DNA of 64,000 nucleotides from Octopus sinensis (Eukaryota). The stretch covers positions 8,680,001 through 8,744,000 of the forward strand of contig NC_043005.1 of NCBI RefSeq assembly GCF_006345805.1, written 5' to 3'. The position numbers and the translations under genes are program-made. The notes below the pieces were generated by a model. It made no database searches, was not told where the DNA came from, and was given only the letters and a program-made list of their open reading frames with translations. Of this stretch, positions 1 through 13,198 are shown one piece after another. Positions within the stretch are counted from its first letter, which is position 1; each line of letters begins with the position of its first letter.

Positions 1-829
1 GATCTCTATTCATTTGTTTGTTCAACCATAAACTTACTCGTTAGTTTATGGTCTAACGAGTAAGTCGTTGAACATACTAAGACATGTTTTCAATTATTGT
101 AACTCTCATCCAAAATTAGCATTACAATTTCACTTACAAGGTAAGCGTCGACTCAAGGATATAGCAAATTACAATTGTCAAAAATGCCACGCAGCGGGAC
201 AGAACCCAAGACGTCATGATTGCGAAGCAAGCTTCTTAACCATTCTGCCATACTACTACATATAAGGTGTGTAACAAGTAACGGACAAGCAACGTACCTG
301 CTACCAGAATGCTAAAAGCACTAAATATTCACCTTAGACAATAGGTTAGCAAAGTACGATGTTAGTATTGATTCTTTCAATGTATTATCTTTAACTGTTC
401 GGAGCAATTTCTATATATGTATAGTGAGATAATATCAGGTTAGCAGAGGCTATGATAGAGTATTTTAAAGAACGAAATTACTTGGTCATTAAAAAAGAAG
501 CGAAGAAGCGAAGTCTTTTAGAATTTAACTTGCCACAGACAATTACCACACTCCCGTCAGTTTTTATTGTTAGTATTGTTCATGTCAATGTTTTATAATT
601 GTAGGCAAAGACATCGAGAGGCAGAACTTCAGCTGAGTAATGTTGAGAAAATCCATAGCCTTCAACTTTCTTAACCTAGTTAACCAACTAGTTGCAATTC
701 ATCAAAATTTCTCATAACACATTAGCAAATGCGCCAGGATTAAGAATTTCATTAGTTCTTGAGTTACTAAGCATTTTGTTTATCAAGTTAACCTTGATAT
801 CGGAATAATTTATTAACATATTTGATTTG

Positions 830-1100
830 GAAGAGGAATTTACATCGGAAGACGTATTTAGATGTTGTTTAAATAACTTATTTTGCAAGTTGTTATTCTA
901 GAACTGTACCGAAAGTGATGTGAAATTTGACATGGATTTTAACTGATATAGGTCGTTCGTATCTCCTTTATTAGGCAAGTGTTTCTTTTCCAGACAAATG
1001 CGCAACTCAACATAATCTCCATTACAGACGAAGCATTTTGCGCCATCATTGAACTGACTCTGAAAATATCCCTCAAAACATTTCAGGTATGTACAGTTAC
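830..1100 (-). mobile_element. Possible decayed LINE reverse-transcriptase N-terminal relic
   Basis: The minus frame (ORF 898-1203) reads KCFVCNGDYVELRICLEKKHLPNKGDTNDLYQLKSMS, loosely matching the non-LTR RT pattern FNxCLxxGxxPxxW...LPKKGDxxxxxNYRPIS. The match is weak. Confidence 0.3.
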
Positions 1101-1707
1101 ACCCACTTTTCACAGACCCTTCTATCTCTGTTAATAAGTGGCTGACATGAAAGAATCTTCTTCTTTGGACCGAGCAGGTGGAAACGGCAGTTTTTAGACC
1201 CAAGCTCTACAGCGAATAGGGGCGCACTGACCAAACCAATTTGCCGATTGATTCTTGTCAAAGTGGAGTATAACATGCGTTTCCAAATGTCTGAGAAGTA
1301 CCTAATGGATTTCCTAAATGTGCCAGGGTTGATTCGAAGAAATCCCAATAGGCCATCCAGACAGAGTACTCGTTATATTATCTATCAAATATAAATTAGG
1401 GAGTCAGCAATTTAAACTAGTCACAGAAATGAGATATTTGTGATTTGTACAGTCGATTTAGATGGGATTTATAGACCAAAACCCTGACATGCAAAGACTA
1501 GAGAGGCCGGATTACCGAGTTAGTAAAGTGGCAATAGTTAGCAAAAACAAAACAGTCTATAGCAGGTGGTAGGACGCCCCGAAGAAGGCGAATATTTATG
1601 CATCGGTTGCGTGTAGTAAATAACCTGTGATGCATCAGAGGCGCAAGGATTTAATAAACTCTAATACACAGTAAGAGATGGCATTGCAACCAATGCACTA
1701 CTGGCAA

Positions 1708-1832
1708 GAATGGCTTTGTTCGGCCCGTGGCTATAGTAGGAAACACTTGCCCAAGGTGCCACGCAGTGGGACTGAACCCAGAAACATGAGGCTGGTAGGC
1801 AAGCTACTTACCACAAGGCCACTCCTGCGCCT
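1708..1832 (-). mobile_element. SINE type A, 5' part (tRNA-derived head plus core)
   Basis: Reverse complement begins aggcgcaggagtggcc..gtggtaagtagc (A box) and ..gggttcagtccc (B-box-like). It matches other copies in the window. Confidence 0.85.
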
Positions 1833-1839
1833 CTCTGTC

Positions 1840-1894
<55 letters not shown>

Positions 1895-2057
1895 GTGCAC
1901 ATATACATATATGTATTAATTTATTTTTATGCTTTATATATTAGAGCATGTATTTACGTACATATACATACGTACACGCACAGACACGTGCACACTCATA
2001 TACACACAAACAAACGTGAACACACACGCGCGTTCACGCACGAGTGCACACTTAACG

Positions 2058-2196
2058 CACACACACGCGCACACACACGCGCGCGCACACACACGCGCGC
2101 GCACACACACGCGCGCGCACACACACACGCGCGCACACACACACGCGCGCACACACACACGCGCGCACACACACACGCGCGCACACACACACGCAC
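2058..2196. repeat. Compound (CA)n/(CG)n alternating purine-pyrimidine microsatellite
   Basis: Repeated cacacacacgcgcg units. Confidence 0.95.
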
Positions 2197-2724
2197 ATGA
2201 AGGTTTTTATCAGATGAAACTGACAAATAACCAGATGGTAGCTTTAGTTAGACTGATCTGCGTAGCTGCCAGAATTAAAAATCAAACGTAAAAACAAAAG
2301 TTTAAAAATTAAAAGCTAACATAGAAAAATAGGAAACATAGAAAAATAGGAAGAATAGAAAAATAGGACACAATTATACTTTCAGAAAACAATTAATTGC
2401 TTTTTTAACTCCTCAATAATCACAATCGCACACCCGAAAGACATATATTGTAGCACAAGAAGATATTTTCATTACAAATTAATAATGTAGTAATTGTCGG
2501 CTGCGAATGTTTAAAGGGAATCTTGATATCTTGTTTAGTATTTCCTGGTTCGCCAGATATATGGCGATAATCTGTTTTTCTTTTTTCTTTTTGTCAGCAA
2601 GCTTAAATAACTTTATTAAAAGTAAGTTTAGTTTATAATTGCATATGGAAAATCTTTGGAAACTAAAAATTTTAGGTCCGTTTGAACAAAATTACATAGA
2701 TATTTTCAAGATGATAGCAACAGT

Positions 2725-2776
<52 letters not shown>

Positions 2777-3023
2777 TATATGTCGCCTCGTGGAAATATA
2801 TTTCCTTGGCTTCTTTGCTGACGAGACAGGCCAGTGGTAAATAAATTTAATTTAATTTAATTAAATTGGTTTAGCAATATGTGTGTCGAAACTATGCATA
2901 GTCCAAAGATGATAAGGGTTTTTATTTTCCTTTGGTTTCTGAATTACAACTGTTTAGCGGTTTCAGTTTGGCTGCTCTTTCTGGTGGGTTGAATGACGTG
3001 TCAAGGCCATTCCTTAATGTTGT

Positions 3024-3059
<36 letters not shown>

Positions 3060-3126
3060 ACAACATTAATATATATATATATACAACAACGCGAGGACGT
3101 GGTACATGCAATATATATATATTATG

Positions 3127-3219
3127 TTATTATTATTATTCAGGTCACTGCCTGGAATCGAACTCGGAATCATGAGGTTAGTAGCCCGCGCTCTTAACCA
3201 CTACACCATATGCCCGTGG
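3127..3219 (-). mobile_element. Short tRNA-like SINE with (AAT)n tail
   Basis: Minus strand reads gggcatatggtgtagtggttaagagcgcgggctactaacc...gagttcgattccaggcagtgacctg-aataataat, with an A box and B box. A second copy lies at 48778-48856. Confidence 0.75.
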
Positions 3220-3705
3220 TATATACGAGAGAGCGTGAAAGAGGTATATTAGATGATTTATAATACGTACGTAAAAGTATACATAATTAAGAGTTTTTGA
3301 AACCGTAGCTGAAAGAGATTAGCGTATTATATATCAAGAAACCTAATACAAACCAGTCAATATGAGACAAATAATAACATAAGTTTGCTTTGGTATTCAC
3401 ATAGCAAAACTATTTGATCAACACGATAGAGTGAAACAGGCTTACATTTACAAATATATGTATGAATATGATATATCAGTATACATAACCACTTCTGAGG
3501 TTTGCTGAGTTAACACTTATACACGGATGGTGAACCGCATAGATTTTATTATGACTTGAATCTCAAAGTTACCGAAATATTATATTTCACACAAGTATCA
3601 GGGTGCGGACTATGAATAAAAAGCTGTTAGACCGGCGGGTAATAAACATTGGAATTCTTACCATTTGAAATGTTCTATTTTTCAAGAACCATTAATTATT
3701 CTTTA

Positions 3706-4345
3706 ATTCTTTTACTTGTTTCAGTCATTTAGCTGCGGCCATGCTGGAGCACCGTCTTTAGTCGAGCAAATCGACCGCAGGATTTATTTTTTGTAAGCCT
3801 AGTACTTATTCTATCGCATCTCATTTGCCGAACCGCTAAGTTACGGGGGCGTAAACATACTAGCATTGGTTGTCAAGCTATGGTGGGGGGATAAACACAC
3901 ATACACAAACACATGCAAACACATACATATATATGTATGTATGTATATATAAATATATATATCATTTGCCATGATACATATGTATGTATATATGTATGTA
4001 TACATATACATATGTATTATTCGCCATGATAGATTGCTAGCCACTAAACCTTTTTTTCAATTTTCTGTCCCTGTTTATTTCTGTGTTCCTTTCTGTCGAA
4101 GAGCGTAGGCTCGAAACGTAAAAGCGTTAAACCAATACATCTGCTTATTGTTTACTCACCCGTCTTCGTCTTGTTTGATTTTAAAAAATTCTCGGGCTTC
4201 TTTCAGTTTCCGTCTACCAAATCCACTCACAAGGCATTGTTCGGCCCGAGGCTTATACGTAGAAGACACTTGCCCGAGGTGCGACGCAGTAGAACTGAAC
4301 ACGGAACCATGTTGTTGGTAAGCAAGCCATTCCTCTGCATGTTTA
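3706..4345 (-). mobile_element. Bipartite SINE type A (head/core 4193-4345, tail 3706-3900) with an unrelated insert in its internal microsatellite
   Basis: Same head and tail sequences as the uninterrupted copies at 17493, 31912 and 53598. About 170 bp of extra sequence lies at 4020-4190. Confidence 0.8.
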
Positions 4346-4844
4346 TTACCGCTATAATTTTAATATCTTGTTTTCTTCGACTATAAAGCAAATTTCAACT
4401 ACATAATAATACCTGAAATACCTCATTAAGTTAAACGCACCTGATTTCCTTCACTTGATTTGCCTCAAATGATGAACTTGGTATTTCAGACCCTTAGTTC
4501 ACTTTTTGTTTCAGTTATGCTAAAAACTGCAGACCGAACCTCTTCTTAACACTTTTAGATCTGATAGAAATATGAATTAGCTAATGAAACAGGTTTGAAT
4601 TGGACTATGTCTGTCTGAACGCGACACGAAATGAGTTTAAATTAATAATTATATTTCAGTGAATTTATTGCTATTTTGTAAAAATACTTTTTAATGGCTT
4701 AGACACACCGGATAATAGTCTAGCGGTAGATATACCGAGTCTGAAAGAAAGGCAATGCCAGATACTTTATGCTATCGATGTTTTCATCATTGCTTTCTTC
4801 AGAACTAATATTGGACTAAAACATCATCTTCATCATCCCTCTTG

Positions 4845-5121
<277 letters not shown>

Positions 5122-5674
5122 GATAACAAAACAACCGCGATAACAACGCTAATAATAATCTGCCGTCTTTAGAATAGAGAACTATATAACGGATACAGAA
5201 AGTCTGTTTCAATAGACGGAACGGTCACGGATACAAGTACTTCGATCACAGGGCTGCCTTTTCAGACCAGAACCAAAGCTAAACAATAACGTATCCCGAT
5301 AGACAAAGCATAACATTTCTTTTTTTTATAATCAACAACACACACATACAAAAAAAAATTCATCTACTGACCCACTGACTAGTTCTCTCTACATGGAATA
5401 AAGTGTACTCAGCTGTTCCAAGCTAATGAAGGCGTGAATCATCATCGTTTGCGATCGAAAATACACATACACACACACAGACACACACACAGGCACAGAC
5501 ACACAAACACACGCGCACATGCAGTACACCCACACAAACAAACGCACAACACATACGTAAAGGAAGATATAAATATACGCGTGCATATGTATACCTATGT
5601 ATGTATGTGTGCGTATATATATGTATATATATATGTATATATATATATATATGTATATATATGTATATATATAT

Positions 5675-5706
<32 letters not shown>

Positions 5707-5752
5707 AATATATCTATATATATATATATAGTATGTATATATATATATATAT

Positions 5753-5786
<34 letters not shown>

Positions 5787-6059
5787 ATAATATATATATA
5801 TGTATATATATATGTATTTATGTATGTATGTATATATTGTCAGTCAGAGCGCGCTCGCATGTGTGTATGCATCTATAAGCCAAATATTCGTCTTTGCATT
5901 GCGCATGTGTGTATATGTGCGTATATTAACAGCGAGAGAAGAGGTGATCCTATGATATGCTTGCAGAATGAAAGAAATATTTGATTGATACATTGGGAAT
6001 GTTTATTTATGCCAATGTATAAGGCGGTAATGGTCTACAACAACTGATAGAAATTGTAC

Positions 6060-6260
6060 AAGGAATGATTTCAAAGAAGCTATAACTGAAGTAGATATCG
6101 TTAGTCCTTCACCCATTGGCATTAAAACCATTAACACATATCAATTGAAGCATTTAGCTGAGAATACAGTCACATTCACCATATTTGCATCATTGAACCA
6201 AGGCTCCCTCGTGAAGTATATTTCGAAGTCAGCTATTTATATTGATGTCTGTATATCTAT
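6060..6260 (+). mobile_element. Decayed LINE (CR1/Jockey-group-like) RT N-terminal relic
   Basis: Plus frame FKEAITEVDIVSPSPIGIKTINTYQLKHL...TIFASLNQGSLVKYISKSAI resembles AIxxxxxxSPGPDGI...LKHL...IFxxSLxxGxxPxxWKxA. Confidence 0.4.
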
Positions 6261-7339
6261 GACTGCCGCCAATAAAACATGGCTTTTAATCACTAGTTTT
6301 CGTGTGCCTGGGCCTCTCTCATCGCCTTTCACTCTTTTTAGCTCATTTAATCGAAGTTCTTTTATATTTCCGCTTTGCCTTCTCTTTAACATCGTCCTGG
6401 TCTTCCATTCCTCTTTTAGCTTTTGTCTTCTTTTACTTACATTTTCTTCTTCTTCTTACCTCCTACTTATTTTGATTCCTGATACCATACAATATTCCAT
6501 TCCTTTTACCAAATTCTTTTTTTTTTTTTTGTTATCTTTATAGTTATTCCCTGTTTAATAAATGTCATTCTTCTCTCAGCGTTTGGCAATCTTTTTCATT
6601 CGGCCGAAGTCGTCATTTTTTTTTTCTTTTTTCATCTGACTATTCTTTCTTCGTTCATTTCTTCATTCTTCTTTTTCTTATTCTTCCGATCGTTAAGTCT
6701 TTGTCTCATTCATCTTTATTTGATCACTAACGTATTTTTTGTTTACCTCGCTTTATCGCAAGTTTTCATCTTTATTTTACTCTATTTTTCCATAACCTTA
6801 TAACCTACTATCTCACAATGCTTTTCTTCCATCAATCTCCCTATCAACCAAATATCTAACTACATAATTGCCCATCTACGCAGCGTTTCAAGCGTGCTAT
6901 CTATAAAATACATACATATACAAATCCATATATACATAAATACATACATATATACATACGTACGTACATAAAACATGTATCGATATACATATATGTACGT
7001 GTGTGTGTGTGATTTTGATATATATAAGTATGTATGTATTCATTTTCACACTCACATATACACACGCACCCGCGCGCACACACATACATATGATATATAT
7101 ACTAGTGTACATATATATATATTAATGAGCCAAAGAAACAGTTTCCAGCACTATAGAATATTTATTTAACTTAGCTGAAGAAAACATACACCAACATCTA
7201 CATGCACTTATTATTATATATATATATATACTATATATATATATATAGATATATATATACATATATATGTATATTATAATTTATATATATATATATATTT
7301 ATTTATATATATATAAATATATATATGTACGTATATATA

Positions 7340-7570
7340 GATCAAAGAGGAAAAGGATCCCATCAACTTTGAAAGGAGTCTGGATAGATTCCTTCAAAGA
7401 ATACCAGATAAGCCACCCATAATTGGATACAACTCACCAACAAGAACTCCTACTTGAATGGATCATAAACAAACTTGACTTAAACAGGATTCGAATAATC
7501 CTATCAGGTGGTGCTATTAAGTGAGACATGGCCTGGACCAATCTTGGTCGAAACATATCTAAGTTTATCT
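7340..7570 (+). mobile_element. CR1-like LINE 3' end
   Basis: IKEEKDPINFERSLDRFLQRIPDKPPIIGYNS matches the FKxxLDxFLxxIPDxP C-terminal motif. It is followed by a short 3' UTR. Confidence 0.7.
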
Positions 7571-7670
7571 TTCTCGCTGGACCGCTGGTAGCAGAGAATT
7601 TTTTCTAGAATTTTTTGCTACCCTTATACTTATTAATTAAGTTTATATATATGTATATATATATATATAT

Positions 7671-8766
7671 AAGTTTAACAATTAAGGATAATCTCTTAAT
7701 AAGGGATCTTAACAAGAAATTATCGGGCAGCTAGCGTGAAAACCTCATAAAAGAAAAGAATTCGAAAATAATTTTTTTCTTTTGAACAAATTAATTATAT
7801 CTATATTGTATAGAGGGCATTATTACACATAAATGCCTCACACTAAGAGGACAAAGTCATTACTACCAAAATTATACTAATCATAAGATCCCTTATTAAG
7901 AGATTATCCTTAATTGTTAAACTTATTCCGAAATACTTTTCATTACCCGACATGCAGTTCGTAAAAAGCCCGCCATTTACCGGATATATGATTTATAAAC
8001 ATTCCATGTGCTTGGCCGGAGTGAGCAGTTGTCTGTTCGTCTTCGCTACGTAAGGTTGGTAGTTTATTTATGATGTGTTCAGAATCAGTTCTGCTGATAT
8101 GATCATAAGACGTACAGTTGAATGTGAAATCACGGTGATACAGAACTAAATTCATTTTTAAATGTCTTGCTTTGAAAAACTGCATTTGGGTATGATTAGT
8201 ATAATTTTGGTAGTAATGACTTTGTCCCTCTTAGTGTGAGGCATTTATGTGTAATAATGCCCTCTATACAATATAGATTAATTAATTTGTTCAAAAGAAA
8301 AAAATTATTTTCGAATTCTTTTCTTTTATGAGGTTTTCACGCTAGCTGCCCGATAATTTCTTGTTAAGATCCCTTATTAAGAGATTATCCTTATTGTTAA
8401 ACTTATCCGAAATACTTTTCATTACCCGACATGCAGTTCGTAAAAAGCCCGCCATTTACCGGATATATGATTTATAACACATCCATGTGTTTGGCCGGAG
8501 TGAGCAGTTGTCTGTTCGTCTTCGCTACGTAAGGTTGGTAGTTTATTTATGATGTGTTCAGAATCAGTTCTGCTGATGATCATAAGACGTAAAGTTGAAT
8601 GTGAAATCACGGTGATACAGAACTAAATTCGTTTTTTAAATGTTCTTGCTTTGAAAAACTGCATTTGGGTATGATTAGTATAATTTTGGTAGTAATGACT
8701 TTGTCCCTCTTAGTGTGAGGCATTTATGTGTAATAATGCCCTCTATACCATATAGATATAATTAAT
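7671..8766 (-). mobile_element. Tandem 481-bp unit (about 1.8 copies) plus a 214-bp inverted copy; probable Penelope-like element 3' end/pseudo-LTR
   Basis: Units start at 7886 and 8367 (agatcccttattaagagattatcc). 7671-7885 is the near-perfect reverse complement of 8191-8404. The minus ORF end SEHIINKLPTL resembles the ExxxIxKLxTL end of PLE GIY-YIG domains. Confidence 0.6.
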
Positions 8767-9190
8767 ATATATATATATATTATATATTATATATAATTAT
8801 TGTTGTCAGAACAGTTGCTGGAATAAGTAAATACCTTCTTTCTTTCTATTGACTACCTCCTTATTGTAGGAATGTTAGAGGGTAAGGACATGTAACATTC
8901 GGGAGCTAAATAGTATAATGCTTTGTTATGAATGGTGATAGATATACGATGTTGTTGAAAACTTTCAAGGCAAAAGAAATTACCGAACTTCTGATATTAA
9001 TATACACAAGTTAGCATAATTACTACGTGATATATACTCCACACAATCATACGAAATGGAATGTGAATGCCAATTAATAACTATTAAGTCAATTATTATC
9101 ATTATACTATATATTGTTTGTTTGTACTCCACCTGCGTTCGTCTTTTGTTTATTTTCATAAACCGTTATATATACACACACATATATATA

Positions 9191-9345
9191 TTACGTTCTG
9201 AGTTCAAATTCTGCCGAGATCGACTTTACCTTTCATCCTTTCGGAGTCGATTAAATAAGTACCAGTTGCATACTGGTTCGATCTAATTGACTGCCCCCCC
9301 TCCCCGAAAATTTCGGGCCTTGTACCTAGAGTAGAAAAGATTATT
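9191..9345 (+). mobile_element. SINE type C, 5'-truncated
   Basis: gagttcaaatt B box, cctttcatcctttcgg..gtcgat central domain, and tail aatttcgggccttgtacc. Confidence 0.8.
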
Positions 9346-9469
9346 TATACAGCTATCTCTCTTACTCTTTCCCTTTCTTTATCTCTCTCATTCTTTTCTC
9401 TCTCTCTATACTTGTCTGTACATAAATACATACATACGTATGTACACACATATATATGCATATATCCAC

Positions 9470-9547
<78 letters not shown>

Positions 9548-9552
9548 GTCTC

Positions 9553-9585
<33 letters not shown>

Positions 9586-9632
9586 ATATCTATCTATCTA
9601 TCTGTCTGTCTGTCTCTCTCTCTCTCTCTCAT

Positions 9633-9680
<48 letters not shown>
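9470..9680. repeat. (TATC)n/(TC)n/(TA)n compound microsatellite
   Basis: Directly visible. Similar arrays occur at 30400-30645, 36245-36345 and 54884-55132. Confidence 0.97.
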
Positions 9681-9682
<2 letters not shown>

Positions 9683-10238
9683 CTTATATACACATAACTA
9701 TACACACGCACACACACATATAACTTATGCTTATATACACAAACACCAATTGTAATTGTTCGAAAACGTAGGTGCGAATGTGAATTATTTAGGTGGTTAT
9801 TCACATATTTTTCTCCTTTCAGCGGAAATAGATAAGAGTCTGTATGTTTGTGTATAAGTGTATATGCGCGCGCAAGTGTGTTTTTGTGAATGTGTGTACT
9901 TGTGTGTGTACATGTGTGTGCTTATATGCAGGTGTACATTTCCGCATTTCTGCATGTAAGTGTGTCTGGCAGTGTTCGTTAATGTGAGTTAATAAAAGTC
10001 TGTAAGCTTGTATACTGATCAGAGTATTTGACGTAAGTACGGTTAAAAAGAAAGCAAAGTCATTGAACGCAATGTTTATCAATATAGATACGCAAGTCGT
10101 AGTTATATATCTTCTTATCAATATACATACAGGCGCACACAGCTACACGTTCCTATACACACACATAAACAATATACATCGATGTATGTGTGTTCGTGCA
10201 TACATACATATATATATATATATAATATTATATTATAT

Positions 10239-10274
<36 letters not shown>

Positions 10275-10689
10275 CATATGTATATGCACATATCTCGCTT
10301 TGTAAGTATTTCCAAGTGTATTAAATAAATAGTGGATTACTTTAACTCTATAATGTTTACAAACCATTTGAGTTTTTATACCAATCTGAAAAGGTAATGG
10401 CATGATATTACTTTTATACAATACAGTATAAATAAACTTATTTAGTTTCATATACAAATGTCTCGTATGACCATTTTTACACCTGCGAAACGTTATGTAT
10501 TTTGGGTATTTACTTAGACATTTTGACAATAAACAGAGAAATAAGGCGAAATTGTAGCAAATTGTCATGGCGCGTACCTTTTATATCAGCAATTCAGAAC
10601 AACCATTGGCAACTTCTCTGTTATTCTTCCTAGATTTTTTTCAGTGGATATTTCGTTTTGTCTAAAGTACTCTTTCGAACAAAGATGGA

Positions 10690-10940
10690 AGGTGGTGGGG
10701 GGGAATATATAAAGAACAGAATATCCAACTCCCGCAGACCATTCAACAAGATAATAGAAATATGGAGAAGCAAATGCATAAGTCGCAAAATGCAGCTGAA
10801 GTTGTTCAAGACATTGGTCCGATAAGTCCGGATGTGAAACCTGACAAGTGGCAAAAATGAAAACCTGGAAAGTGACAGAAAAAAAAAATAAAGGAGTTTC
10901 CATTTCACATGCTTAGGGACAACCGTCGACATCAAGTGTA
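10690..10940 (+). mobile_element. RTE-clade LINE RT C-terminal relic
   Basis: RISNSRRPFNKIIEIWRSKCISRKMQLKLFKTLVR*...GCET* matches RIxxAxxAFxxLxxIWxSxxISxxxKLKLFxTLV..LLYGCETW. Confidence 0.8.
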
Positions 10941-11040
10941 AACGCAGTTAACTGACCGTATTGTGGTTTTTAATAGCTGAAAACTGGCGACAGAAATTGA
11001 TATTTCGTCCAGGAACCACAGGGTAGATATATTTTTCAAG

Positions 11041-11260
11041 AAGGCGGCGAGCTGGAAGAAACGTTAGTACGCCGGGCGAATTACTTAGCAGTATTTCGTC
11101 TGTTTTTACGTTCTGAGTTCAAATTCCGCCGAGGTTGACTTTGTCTGTCATCCTTTCGGGGTCGATATATTAAGTATCAGTTGTCTACTGAGGTCAATCT
11201 AATCGACTGCCCCCTTCAAAAAGATTTCGGGCCTTGTACCTTGAGTAGAGAAGATATATT
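11041..11260 (+). mobile_element. SINE type C, full length
   Basis: Head aaggcggcgagctggaagaaacgttag, B box gagttcaaattcc, and the same tail as the 9191 copy. Confidence 0.85.
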
Positions 11261-11382
11261 TTTCAAGTGTTGTGTTTTCCTTTTTATAAAAATGTTTTTA
11301 CTCCCTTTACTGATCGCATGCTACACTACTGTGAAACCTTCAGCCTTCAGGTTGAAACGTATAAGATAATAAAAGAATATGT

Positions 11383-11551
11383 AGGCGCAGGAGTGGTTGT
11401 GTGGTAAATGGCTTGCTTATCAATCACAATTTTTTGGTTCAGTCCCACTGCATGGCAACTTGGGCAGGTGTCATCTACTATAGCCTCGGGCCGATCAAAT
11501 ACTTGAAAGTGGATTTGGTAGGCAGAAACTGGAACCAAGCTCGTATATACA

Positions 11552-11590
<39 letters not shown>

Positions 11591-11842
11591 TATATAATAC
11601 TTTATTTAAGCAGCAGAAAATTCAACAAAACTGTTACGCTGAGTGTCCGTTGCCGGGAGTTAACAGGTTTTGTTGAATTTTCTGCTGCTTTAAATAAAGC
11701 ATATTACTTTAACACTGGTATTTGAGTATCTTTTTCCACCTTGTTTTACAGTTAGTGTTTACTCCGATATATACATATAATATATATTATATATATATAA
11801 TTATATATATTATATATATATATATTATATATATATATATAT

Positions 11843-11889
<47 letters not shown>

Positions 11890-12096
11890 ATACATGCTTG
11901 TATGTCTGTGTTTATCTCTCCTCCCACTATCACTTAACAACTGATGTTGCTGTGCTTACATTTTCGTAAATTTGCGGTTCGGCAAACGAGGACGTTACAA
12001 TAAGTACTAGGCTTATGAAGAATAAGTCATTGGGTCGATTTGTTCGACTAAAGGCGATGCTCCAGCATGGTGACAGACTGAAACAGATAAAAGAAT
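11383..12096 (+). mobile_element. Bipartite SINE type A with a nested hairpin-containing insert
   Basis: Head/core at 11383-11548 and tail at about 11900-12096. The intervening (TA)n tracts carry the 11600-11770 insert. Confidence 0.75.
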
Positions 12097-12741
12097 ATGC
12101 ATATATATACATTCAACAATATTAAGAAATGGCCTTGATAGGCCATTCGACCCACTAGTAAGAGCAGCTAAACTCAAACCGCTAAATAGTTGTAATTCAG
12201 AAACTAAAGGAAAATAAAAACATTGACCCTTATCATCTTTAGACTATGCATATTTTCGACATGCATATTGGCAAACCGACTTAATTAAATTAAATTAAAT
12301 CTATTTGCCACTGGCCTGTCTCGTCAGCAAAGAAGCCATATATATATACATATACACTTACAATCGTTGAATTATGAGCGAATTCTTTAACGCAGACCTA
12401 GCAAAAGCAGTTCTGAATTTTTCAGAATTTATGATCGTCAAGAGATCTAACATACAAAAGCTAATGCATTTCGTTTTGAAAGGTCTTGTCAGAATAAAAT
12501 ATACTTTGCAGTAAAACAAAACAACAAATGAAAAATAGTGACAAATGAAGTTAAATAACTCTTGCCATGAATTATTGCTCATTCAAAATTATAGCATACC
12601 TCATGTTACTCCATCTTTAAGATTTTTAGGTCCTCGGAAACCTCGTATTGTACATTTCCGCTTGAAAATAAGTGGATTTGTGACGGTTATATTGGACTTA
12701 ATCACGGCTTGTTTGATGATGAATAACACTTTTTTTGTACA

Positions 12742-13198
12742 TCATCATCAACGTTGTCTAACGTCCGCTTTCCATGCTAGCATGGGTTGGACGATTTGAC
12801 TGAGGGATGGCGAACGAGATGGCTGCACCAGGCTCCAATCTTGATCTGGCAGAGTTTCTACAGCTGGATGTCTTCCTAACGCCAACCACTGCGAGAGGGT
12901 AGTGTGTGCTTGTATGTGCCACTGGCACGGGGGCCAGTCAGGCGGTACTGGCTAAGACCTCGCCCGAATCTTCTTACACATGCCACCGGCACAGGTGCCA
13001 TAAAGCGATGCTGGTAACGATCACGCTCGGATGGTGCATTTTACCTGCCACCGGCACGGAAGCCAGTTAGCCGCTCTGGCAACGATCACGCTCGGATGGT
13101 GCTCTTAGCACCCTACTAGCGTGGGGATCAAGTGCCAGTAAGGAGCCGCTGGTAACGATCACACTCGAATGGTGCCTTTTATGTCTCACTGGCACAGA
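12742..13198 (-). mobile_element. RTE-associated element 3' end with (GAT)n tail and internal imperfect tandem repeats of about 60 bp
   Basis: catcatcatc tail, tttctacagctggatg..ttcctaacgccaacc RTE-type 3' motif, and the repeated ctggyaacgatcacrctcgratggtgc unit (three copies). Confidence 0.75.

Noticed and set aside
994-1086. 93-nt open plus-strand segment with good acceptor and donor
   Set aside because: No recognisable protein and no partner exons. It overlaps a possible minus-strand RT relic.
2328-2372. Short direct repeats (17 bp x3 here, 11 bp x3 at 30941)
   Set aside because: They have no spacers, so they are slippage minisatellites and not a CRISPR array.
6020-6235. Minus-frame peptide FEIYFTREPWF...PMGEGLTISTSVIASLKSFL, resembling nicotinic or chemotactile receptor pre-M1/M2
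   Set aside because: It has an in-frame stop, the M1 segment is not hydrophobic, and there is no Cys-loop or M3. The plus strand fits a LINE RT relic better.
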